NCBI GenBank assembly: GCA_027346425.1
Contig: DAIESF010000079.1
Coordinates: 1-49,909 of the forward strand
Direction: 5' to 3'
Source of the DNA: Gemmatimonadota bacterium
GTDB taxonomy: Bacteria; Gemmatimonadota; Gemmatimonadetes; Gemmatimonadales; Gemmatimonadaceae
DNA: 49,909 nucleotides
Part shown: piece after piece, positions 7,179 to 16,300 of the stretch
Numbering within the stretch: position 1 is the first letter of the stretch
Layout of the letters: every line of letters begins with the position of its first letter
Position numbers and translations under genes: made by a program
Notes under the pieces: model-generated
What the model was told of the DNA's origin: nothing
The model's database searches: none
What the model saw: the letters and a program-made list of their open reading frames with translations, nothing else

Positions 7179-9286
7179 GTCACTTGGCGATTCGCGTGTG
7201 GAACCCGAGAGCCGGCGCGCGGGCAGCGGCAGCGCTGCTGACGGTGGCCCTTCCGCTGTCCATCGGAGCCCAGGGGCGCGACTCGGTCGCTCGCCCGCTC
7301 CAGGCCGTTCGCGTCACGGTATCGCGTGAGGCGTCGCGCTCGGTGCTCGACCTGCCATTCGGTGTGTCGCGGGTGTCGGTGGATTCGTCGCGGGCCGGGA
7401 TCCGGCGCGCCTCGCTCACCGAACTTCTACTCGTCGTTCCCGGGGTGGTCGTTTCCAACCGCTACAACCCGACGCAGGATCCTCGGCTCGCGGTTCGTGG
7501 CTTCGGATCGCGGTCGGCGTTCGGGATTCGCGGGGTACGGGTGGTGCGCGACGGGGTTCCGCTCACCCTGGCCGACGGACAGGCGGCGGTCGACTTCGTG
7601 GATCTGGAGAGCGTAGGGAGCGCTGAGGTGATGCGGGGCGCGGCCGGCGCCCTTTATGGCAATGCGTCGGGCGGGGTGCTCGAGCTCAAGAGCCCCCCGT
7701 TTCCCGTGCGCCCGTTCGAGCCATCGCTGCGCTACGTGGCGAACGCCGACGCGAATCGCTGGTCGGCCGCCGGAGGGGGGAGTGCAGCGTCGTTAGGCTG
7801 GCGGGCGACGGCGACGGGGAACCGCAGCGACGGCCCGCGCGACTACTCGCGCTTCCGGTCCACCGCAGCCCTGGCGGATGCGGCGTGGCGCCGCGATGCG
7901 GGGAGCCTCCGCGCCCAGTTCACCTGGTACGATTCCCCCGAGGCCCAGAATCCCGGCGCCGTGACGGCCGCCGAGTTGCAGCTGGCGCCGACCGTGGCCG
8001 ATTCGCTGAACATGCGCAAGCGCGCCAGCAAGTCGGTGGGCCAGAAGCTCCTCTCCCTCACCGGCGAGCGCACGTGGGAGGCGGGCGGCGCCAGCGCCTC
8101 CGTCTTTTCCGGGTGGCGCGACCTCTATAATCCGCAGGCATTCGCCATCGTCGGCTTCGACCGGCGCACGTTAGGTGCGTCGGCCCGGGTCGAGCAGCGG
8201 GGGATGACGCGGAACCACCTGTGGCGCCTGACGCTGGGGAGCGACGTGCAATCGCAGCGCGACGACCGCCGCAACTTCGCCAATTGCGCGGGCCTTGCCG
8301 GCGCTGGGCGCCCGGCCGCCACCTGCCCCACCGCGGCCGACCGTGGCGCCGAGACGATCCACCAGCTCGAGAAGGTCGCGAGCGCCGGCGTCTTTGCGCG
8401 CGGCGAGGTGAACCGCGCCTTCCTCACCGTCACCGGGACACTGCGGGGCGACCAGACAGCCTTCAGCGTGCGCGACTACCGCGCCACCTACGCCGTGGGC
8501 GGCGCCGTGCAGTCGCGCACCATGTCGGCGGTAACCCCGATGCTCGGCGTGTCGCTGCGGGCCCGCCCTACCCTCGCGGTGTACGCCAACGTTGCCAGCT
8601 CGTTCGAGACACCGACCACCACCGAACTCGCCAACCGGCCCGACGGATCGGCGGGGCTCAACCGTGACCTCAAGCCGCAGCGCGGGCGCACGATCGAGGC
8701 GGGGGTGAAGGGGATCGTCGGGCGGCGCGTCTTCGTCGACGTCGCCCTGTTCGACATCGGGACGCGTGACGAGCTGATGGCCTTCGAGATTCCCAACAGC
8801 GGGGGGCGCCGCTACTTCCGCAACGCCGGCGAGACGCGGCGCCGAGGGGGCGAGCTTGGGCTGAGTGCGTCGTTAGGCATGGTGGACATGGGCGGGGCAC
8901 TCACCCGGCTGTCGTACACGTACGAGGATTACCTCGTCGGGACGACGCGTCTCGACGGGCGGAAGGTCCCGGGGGTGGCCCCGCTCTCGGCGTCGCTCTT
9001 TGCCACCGCGCGGCGCCGGCTGGGCTTCGCGACCATCGAGATGCAGCAGGCATCGCGCACTGCGGCCGACGATGCGAATGCGAACTACGCCCCGGGATGG
9101 GTGCTGTGGAACGCGCGCATCGGCCTCGCCCCGCACAATCGCCTGGGGATCGAGCCGGTGGTCGGCATCGATAACATCTTCGACCGGAACTACGCAGCCA
9201 ACATCGTCACCAATGCAACGCGTGGGCGCTACTTCGAGCCGGGCGCAGGGCGTCGGGTGTACGTGTCGGTGCGGGTGGGGAAATAG
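7130..9286 (+). CDS. TonB-dependent receptor (siderophore-receptor-like)
   Basis: Signal 'AAALLTVALPLSIGAQG'. Plug-like 'LLVVPGVVVSNRYNPTQDPRLAVRGFGSRSAFGIRGVRVVRDGVPLTLADGQ'. Long beta-barrel region ending '...NYAANIVTNATRGRYFEPGAGRRVYVSVRVGK'. The start may be GTG at 7196. Confidence 0.85.
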   Translation: MRRYPVAKDRLSDRCSCHLAIRVWNPRAGARAAAALLTVALPLSIGAQGRDSVARPLQAVRVTVSREASRSVLDLPFGVSRVSVDSSRAGIRRASLTELLLVVPGVVVSNRYNPTQDPRLAVRGFGSRSAFGIRGVRVVRDGVPLTLADGQAAVDFVDLESVGSAEVMRGAAGALYGNASGGVLELKSPPFPVRPFEPSLRYVANADANRWSAAGGGSAASLGWRATATGNRSDGPRDYSRFRSTAALADAAWRRDAGSLRAQFTWYDSPEAQNPGAVTAAELQLAPTVADSLNMRKRASKSVGQKLLSLTGERTWEAGGASASVFSGWRDLYNPQAFAIVGFDRRTLGASARVEQRGMTRNHLWRLTLGSDVQSQRDDRRNFANCAGLAGAGRPAATCPTAADRGAETIHQLEKVASAGVFARGEVNRAFLTVTGTLRGDQTAFSVRDYRATYAVGGAVQSRTMSAVTPMLGVSLRARPTLAVYANVASSFETPTTTELANRPDGSAGLNRDLKPQRGRTIEAGVKGIVGRRVFVDVALFDIGTRDELMAFEIPNSGGRRYFRNAGETRRRGGELGLSASLGMVDMGGALTRLSYTYEDYLVGTTRLDGRKVPGVAPLSASLFATARRRLGFATIEMQQASRTAADDANANYAPGWVLWNARIGLAPHNRLGIEPVVGIDNIFDRNYAANIVTNATRGRYFEPGAGRRVYVSVRVGK

Positions 9287-9308
9287 ACGTCAGACGAATG
9301 GTGGGAGT

Positions 9309-9332
9309 GCGGGGCGTCGTCAGGCGCCCCGC
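9309..9332. terminator. GC hairpin between convergent genes (possible bidirectional terminator)
   Basis: GCGGGGCG / CGCCCCGC stem with an 8-nt loop. The loop contains the stop codon of the oxidoreductase (9320-9322). Confidence 0.4.
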
Positions 9333-10168
9333 TTGGCCATTATGGCCATGTCGTCGTGGGCGTGGCCCGCGGCGATGAGGTCGTCCATGCGCTTCGCAAT
9401 CGCCCCAATCACCGGCATCGGTTCGCTCGCCGCCGATTCGAGCATCAACCGCGCATCCTTGCGCGCCACCTGCAGCTCGAACGAGGCGGTGTAGTCCTCG
9501 TCGAGGATCTTCTTGGCCCGGAAGGGGAAGCTGCCTTCGGGCTTGAAGCGGGAGAAGAGGCTCCAGGCTTCGCTGCGCTCCACCTCGAGCGCGTCGGCCA
9601 GGTGGAAGATGTCGGCCATGGTCGCCGACATCGACAGGATCATGAGGTTGCCAAACAGCTTGTAGCAGGCGGCGAGGTCGGGGCGTTCGCCGACATACCA
9701 GAGGTCGCCGGTCATCGGGGCCAGTACGTCGCGCACGGCGGTGAAGCGCCCCTCGGGACCGGCGACGAGCATGTGGCCGGCCGCGTTCCGTGCCGCCATC
9801 GGCGACATGAAGACCGGCGCGTGCAGATAGCGGATCCCCTCGTGTTCCATCCGTTCGGCGCGCGCCGCGACGAGGGCCGGGAGGTTCGTGGTGTGGTCGA
9901 TGACGATGGCTTCAGCGCTCAGTCCGTGCCGCATGGCATCGATGGTTTCATCGACCGTTGCGTCGTCGAGGAGGATGAGGTGCACGCGCCGGGCCCCGCG
10001 GACCGCCTCCTCCGGCGTATCCGCCACCTCGGCTCCCTTGGCCGCCAGCGCCTCGGCTTTCGCACGCGTGCGGTTCCAGACAGTGAGCTTCACCCCTCCA
10101 CGCGCGAGCAATCCCTCGGCGAATCCGGTGCCTAACAACCCGGTCCCGAGCAATGCAATGGATTCCAC
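9320..10168 (-). CDS. NAD(P)-dependent oxidoreductase, beta-hydroxyacid dehydrogenase / 6PGDH-NAD-binding family
   Basis: Rossmann N-terminus 'IALLGTGLLGTGFAEGLLARGG..LTVWNRT', followed by the family-typical C-terminal helical domain. Start set to GTG at 10168 (GTG at 10177 is also possible). The upstream part of the ORF only translates the repeat array (REDEKTRR). Confidence 0.8.
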   Translation of the reverse strand: MESIALLGTGLLGTGFAEGLLARGGVKLTVWNRTRAKAEALAAKGAEVADTPEEAVRGARRVHLILLDDATVDETIDAMRHGLSAEAIVIDHTTNLPALVAARAERMEHEGIRYLHAPVFMSPMAARNAAGHMLVAGPEGRFTAVRDVLAPMTGDLWYVGERPDLAACYKLFGNLMILSMSATMADIFHLADALEVERSEAWSLFSRFKPEGSFPFRAKKILDEDYTASFELQVARKDARLMLESAASEPMPVIGAIAKRMDDLIAAGHAHDDMAIMAKRGA

Positions 10169-10286
10169 AGTCGACACCTCAATAGCGGAGTTCAAGGCCA
10201 GCGAGAAAGATAAGGGGAGACACGCACCAGTGATGGTGCGGATCGATGTCCCCGTCAAAAAACTGGCGCCGCCAACGGCGGCGCCA

Positions 10287-10331
10287 TTCTCGTCTTCTCG
10301 TCTTCTCGTCTTCTCGTCTTCTCGTCTTCTC
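10287..10331 (+). repeat. Octamer tandem array A, (TTCTCGTC) x5.6
   Basis: Five perfect units plus TTCTC, read directly from the sequence. The last 2 nt overlap the TGA stop (10330-10332) of the M1 peptidase gene. Lies about 120-160 nt upstream of the oxidoreductase start. Confidence 0.95.
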
Positions 10332-12402
10332 AAGAGATGGTGTTCGGCTTCACCCACGTGTTGTTCGTCCGATCCACGTCCGCCAGCACCTCCTTCGGGT
10401 CGAGCACCACCTGCGTCACGGTCTTCTTCGTGAAGAATCCATAGTTGAAGACAAGCTCATTCCTGCGCCAGACGTCGGCGGGGAGCTTCACCAATTCCTT
10501 GCTCCCGTCGTCGTAGGTGAGCTCGATCTGCAGCGGAAGGACGAGTCCGCCCTTGTTCTCGATCTTGATGCGGTAGTAGGTCTCGCCCGCGCGGCTCGCC
10601 CCTAACAATGAATCGCCGGGCTGCGTTTCCACGCTGGCGATCCCCTGGTCGTTGGCGTAGGTGGTGTAGAACCAGCCGCGCCAGAAGTGATTGAGCTGCT
10701 CGCCGGCGCCGTCCTCGATCGAGCGGAAGAAGTCGGCCGGCTGCGGGTGCTTGAACATCCACTTGTGCGAATACTCGCGGAACGCCTCGTCGAACAGCGA
10801 GTCGCCCAGCACCTGCTCGCGCAGCATGACGAGCCCGGCCGCCGGCTTGGAGTAGCCGTTGTTCCCGAACTGCGTCTGGATGTCGTTCGACTCCGTCATG
10901 AGCGGGACCTGCGCGTCCTGCTTCATGTAGCCGACGATGTTCTTCGCCGGCCCGCGTTGCGACGGATAGGCGGGGTCCCAGTCCTTCTCGGCGTAGTACT
11001 GCAGGAACGAGTTGATCCACTCGTCCATCCATGTCCACTTTCGCTCGTCCGAGGCCACGACCATCGGGAACCAGTTGTGCCCCACCTCGTGGATGGTGAC
11101 CGAGACGAGGGCACGGGCCAGCCCCGGCGAGACCTGGCCGTCGGGGGTCGGGCGCGCGCCGCAGAAGGCGATCATCGGGTACTCCATCCCGAAGACCGGG
11201 CCGTGGACGTTCACCGCCTTCGGATATGGTTACTCGAACGACATGCGCACGTAGGTCTTCATCGTCTGGGCGATCGCCTTGGTGGAGACCGAGTCCCAGA
11301 GCGGCATGGCATCGCGCGGATAGAGCGAGTGCAGCTCGATCGGCTTCTCGGTGGGGCGATAGCGAAAGCCCATCGCATCCCACACGTACGTCTTGCTCGA
11401 CACCCAGGCGAAGTCGCGCACGTTCTCGGCCTTGAAGCGCCAGGTGAGCGGCCCCGTGCCGGCCGGGCGCGATTCGGGCTTCATGACCTCGTCAGGCGCA
11501 ACGATGAAGACGGGCTTGTCGCTCGTCCACGCCTTCGCCAGGCGCTGCTGCTGCGTGGCGGTGAGCACCTGAGGCGCGTTGGTGAGGACGCCGGTGGCGT
11601 TGACGATGTGGTTGCGCGGGACGGTGAGCTCGACGTCGTAGTTGCCGAAGTTGAGATAGAACTCCCCCTGCCCGAGGAACTGGTCGGTGGCCCACCCGTT
11701 CACGTCGTCGTACACCGAGGCCCGCGGGAACCACTGGGCAAGCTCGTACAGCCACCCGTCCTTCACCAGCTCCTTGGCGCCGCGCCCGTTGCGCCCTCCC
11801 TCGGGGATGAGGTTGTGCCAGTCGATCTCGATGATGGCCTGCTGCCCGGTGGTGATAGGGGTCGCCAGGTGCACCTTCATCACCGTCCCGTTGATCACGT
11901 AGCGCGCATCCTTCCGTACCCCCTTGGCGTCCACCACCTGCACCCGCGAGAGCGTGTAGCCGCCGTCGAAGGCCTCGGGGGCGAGGAAACGCCGCGCCTG
12001 CTCGGGAATGCGTGACGGGAGCGCCTGCTGCACCAGCGCCGCGCGCGAATCGGGGCGGTCGATATTCTGGTCGAGCTGGAACCAGACGTAGGAGAGCTGG
12101 TCGGGCGAGTTGTTGTGGTAGGTCACGCGCTCCGACCCCGTCACCGACTGCCTGACCGTATCGAGCGTTGCCTTGATGGAGTAGTCCACGCGCTGCTGCC
12201 AGTATTTGGGGCCAGGCGACCCGGCGGCGTTGCGGTACTCGTTGGGGTCTGGCCACTCCTCGATGGCGCGGAACGACGACTGGTTGGTCTTCTTGTCCTT
12301 GGCGTTCACCCAGTTCTGGGCGCCAGCGACGTTGGTGGCGAGCGCCAACGACAAGAGGACGAGAAGACGAGAAGCCGAGAAGACGAGACTTCGGGGGGGC
12401 AT
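10330..12402 (-). pseudogene. M1-family zinc metallopeptidase with signal peptide, interrupted by one in-frame TAA (11230-11232)
   Basis: ORFs 11230..12411 and 10330..11214 share one frame: '...KTYVRMSFE*PYPKAVNVHGPVFGMEYPMIAF...'. The downstream part carries HEVGH-x18-E. The upstream part carries the signal peptide MPPRSLVFSASRLLVLLSLALATNVAGAQ. The ATG at 12402 is preferred over GTG at 12411. Confidence 0.8.
12350..12389 (-). repeat. Octamer array B (5 slightly degenerate units), coding
   Basis: The plus strand reads gacaagag gacgagaa gacgagaa gccgagaa gacgagac. On the gene's sense strand this encodes SLVFSASRLLVLL of the M1 signal peptide. Confidence 0.9.
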
Positions 12403-12491
12403 GGTGTGCACGGCTGAGGATGATGGGACTGCTACTTCAGTCTACCGCTCTGCTGCTGCGCTCTCCTGCTCCAACCTGCTCATTCCCCGAC

Positions 12492-13100
12492 TCACCCCTT
12501 GGGGAAGCGTTCGACGATCATCTTGAGGCCGGCGAGGACGATCACGATCGACAGCGCGGTCGCCCAGCGCCGGCGGGCCAGGCCGGCGACCTCGCATGCC
12601 AGCGTCCCGACCAGCAGGACACAGGCGACGATCGCCAGTTGCCCAATTTCCAGCCCCACGTTGAAAGCGAAGAGCGGGATCACGATGCTCTCTTCGGCGC
12701 CGAGTATCGCCCGCAGGAAGTTGGAGAATCCGAGCCCGTGGATAAGCCCGAAACACCCGGCAAGGATGTAAAGGAGTACATGGCGCTCCGGAGCGTACCC
12801 CTCGCCGGTTCGTTCGGAGCGGGCCCGCGCAATCATTGAATAGCCGGCCGTCACCACGATCGTGACCGGGATCAGGAACTCGATGGTCTGGGCATGGACC
12901 CGCACCAGCTGCAGCGTCGCCAGCGCCAGGGTGACCGAATGGCCGACCGTGAAGGCGGTGACGAGCCAGAGCAGGCGTCGCCAGTCGCGGAGCGCGTAGC
13001 CCGCGGTGAGCGCGACGATGAACAGGATATGGTCGTAGCCCCGGAGGTCGGCGATGTGTCCGATGCCGAGCCGGAAGTAGGTGACGAATTCGGAATTCAT
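12492..13100 (-). CDS. HupE/UreJ-family membrane protein (Ni/Co permease family)
   Basis: 'MNSEFVTYFRLGIGHIADLRGYDHILFIVALTAGY...TVGHSVTLALA...GLIHGLGFS' and six hydrophobic segments. Start set to the ATG at 13100. Confidence 0.75.
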   Translation of the reverse strand: MNSEFVTYFRLGIGHIADLRGYDHILFIVALTAGYALRDWRRLLWLVTAFTVGHSVTLALATLQLVRVHAQTIEFLIPVTIVVTAGYSMIARARSERTGEGYAPERHVLLYILAGCFGLIHGLGFSNFLRAILGAEESIVIPLFAFNVGLEIGQLAIVACVLLVGTLACEVAGLARRRWATALSIVIVLAGLKMIVERFPKG

Positions 13101-13329
13101 GGAGTGGTGCGACGCCGCGCCAAGTCGCTGCGGGTGCAACGTTGGTTGGGAGAAAGCTGCCCAAAGTGGACGCCGGGGACGACCCCTCGCGCGCAGTCCG
13201 CTGCTGGGGCGTGACGTGACGGCGGCGGGGGATGGCGAGTCGTCGGCGACCAATAAAGAAGCGTTAACACTCGCCGCACCCGATAGTCCAACGACCGTCC
13301 CCAGAGACGTGCCACCAGAGGTTCAACTC

Positions 13330-16300
13330 GTGCTTACGCGTAGAGGCTCTTCGGTCGCGAGGTTCGTGCGCCGGGCCCTGCTCGCCATCGCTATCGTCGC
13401 CCCAATCGTCCGCCCAAGCGCCGCCGGTGCCCAGATGGGTGCGACGACGGACATCATCACCGGAACGGTCACCCGCGCCGAGGCCAACGTCCCGATCGAA
13501 GCGGCCAACATCGAGGTCACGTCGATCGAATCGAACGTGACACGGCGGGCCCGGACAAATTCGCAGGGGCGTTTCACCGTCCTTTTCCCAGACGGAGGGG
13601 GACAGTATCGCATCACTGCAAGAGCACTAGGTCTCGCACCAACGACAGTGACTGTCGCACGGCAGACTGACGAAGACCGGCTCGTGGTCAACATCAAGAT
13701 GTCGACCAACCCGACCGTCCTGGCCGGCGTGACGATTCAGGCGCGACAGAACGTACCGCGCGAGGGCGACCGTCCGGCCCCCGGATCGGTCGAACGAGTG
13801 ATGAACACCGACCAGGCGGCGCGACTCCCGATCGACGCCTCCGACCTCACCCAGCTCGCCCTCACCGCGCCGGGAGTCGTGAGCATCACGGGGAGCGATA
13901 CCACGGCCGCCGGTTTCTCGGTGGCCGGGCAGGCGCCGAGTGCCAACAACATCACCCTGGACGGGCTCTCCTTCGGATCCTCGCAGGTCCCGCAGGAGGC
14001 GGTGCGCAACTCGCGCGTCATCACCTCGGGGTACGACGTCGCGCGCGGACAGTTCTCGGGGGGGCAAATCGCCTCGACCACCCGCAGCGGGACCAACGTC
14101 GCGCAGGGGAACTTCACCTACTCGCTTCGCGACCGGAATCTTGCCGTCGAGGGGGAGGATACCTCGCCCGCCTCGCAGGGTTTCAACCAGAACCAACTCT
14201 CTGCCGGCCTCGGCGGCCCGATCATCAAGGACAAGCTCTTCGTCTTCGGTGCGCTCCAACTTCGCCGTCGAGAGGACATCATCCCGAACCTTGGCAACGC
14301 CGACGCCACGACGTTGTCGCGCTTTGGCGTCGCTCCCGACTCGGTGGCCCGCTTCTTCGACCTCGCCTCGGCGGCGGGGATCGCCCCGCGGGGGATCCTC
14401 GCCAACGACCGGACGGGTGACAACGTCTCAGGGATCGTCCGCTTCGACTACCTCACCGAGGGAGGGCAATCGCTCTCCATCCGCGGCGACTACAACTACA
14501 GCAATTCCGACCCCACGCGCATCGGGACGCTCTCGCTCCCGCAGACGGGTGGCGACTCGCGCAACTGGGGGGGCGGTATGGCGGCGACGCTCACGTCGAA
14601 CATCGGCGGTCGCTTCCTCAACGAACTCAAGCTCTACGGGTCGGTGAACAAGAACGCCGGCGACCCGTTCATCACCCTCCCGTTCGGCCGAGTGCAGGTG
14701 ACGTCGGACCTGGGGAGCGGCGAGACCGGCGTGTCGTCGCTGACCTTCGGCGGCAACACCGGGCTCCCGCAGGCGGGGAAGACCAACACCTTCGAGGCGA
14801 CGAACGAGACGTCGTGGCTGTCGGAGGGGGGGGCGCATCGCTTCAAGCTCGGTGGGCTCTTCAACCTCCAGTCGTTCGAGCGTGACGTGACCACCAACCG
14901 GTGGGGGACGTTCTCGTTCAACTCGCTTGCCGACTTCGAGGCGGGGACGCCGGCGACGTACACCCGCACGCTCACCCCGCGCCTGCGCGAGGGGGCTGGG
15001 GCCAACGCCGCCGTCTACCTCGGCGATACCTGGCGTGTGAGCCGCGCATTGCAGCTCACGGTCGGCGCGCGCGCCGAGGGGTCGTATTTCGGGTCGACTC
15101 CCACGTACAACCCGGCGGTCGAGACCGCCTTCGGCTACCGCACCGACGAGGTGCCCACCGAGTTCCGCCTCAGCCCGCGCATCGGCTTCACCTACTCGTT
15201 AGGGATGCCGGAGCAGGGGCGCTTTGCACCGCCCACCTGGATCATCCGCGGCGGGATCGGCGAATTCCGCTCGGCCCCGTCGATCGGCCTCGTCGCCTCG
15301 GCGGCTGGCGCCACCGGCCTTCCCGACAACGAGTCGCAGCTGGTCTGCATCGGGGCAGGAGTGCCGGTTCCCAACTGGAACCTGTACGCGCAGGATGGGG
15401 CGTCGATCCCGACGCAGTGCGCGACCGGGGGGAACCAGTACCTCCCGACCTCGCTCCCGAACGTGACGGTGTTTGCCGACAACTTCTCGGCGGCGCGCTC
15501 GGTCCGGTCGTCGCTCGGCGTGCAGCATCGCTTCAGGCAGCGCTACAACTTCAATGTCGACGTCCAGTACGCGCGCGGCGTGGCGCTCACCGGCTACACC
15601 GACGTGAATCTGCGCACCACGCCGCAGTTCACGCTGGGGTCCGAGGGGGGGCGCCCGGTGTATGTCGACCCGGCGACCATCGTCCCCACCACTGGCGCCA
15701 CGTCGGTCCTCGGGTCGCGCCTGAACGGGAGCTTCGGACAAGTGCTCGCCACCGGCTCCGACCTGTCGAGCGACTCCAGGCAGGTGACCATGTCGTTAGG
15801 CGGCATTACCACGAAGGGGGCGATCCTCAACGTCTCCTACACGTGGGGGCAGACCGAGGACCAGGGGGCCAATGGCGGGGGCGGCGGGGGGCCGTTCGGC
15901 GGGATGTTCGGTGGCGGCTTCGGCGGAAGCGGAAGCTTTGGGAGCCCGACCACCGCCGGGAACCCCAACGTGCGCGAGTGGGCGCCGAGCGACTTCGATC
16001 GCCGGCACACCATCGTCGGGACGGTCACCTATCCGTTCAGCCAGGCCCTCGAGGTCACCGCCTTCGGTCGGGTGAGTTCGGGGTCGCCCTTCACCCCGAT
16101 CGTGGGGAGCGACATCAACGGTGACGGCGCGCGCAACGACCGCGCCTTCCTGTTCGATCCGGCGACCACCGCCGACGCTGACGTTGCCGCCGGGATGCAG
16201 CACCTGCTGGCCAACGCTCCCGACGCGGTGAAGTCGTGCCTCAGCACCCAGCTGGGGAGCGCCGCCGGCCGCAACTCGTGCCGCGGGCCGTGGCAGCCGT

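Noticed and set aside
13101-13329. Possible cobalamin or Ni/Co riboswitch upstream of the HupE/UreJ gene
   Set aside because: I could not find a B12 box (GCCACTG-like core) or other conserved riboswitch elements by eye. This would need a covariance-model scan (Rfam) to settle.
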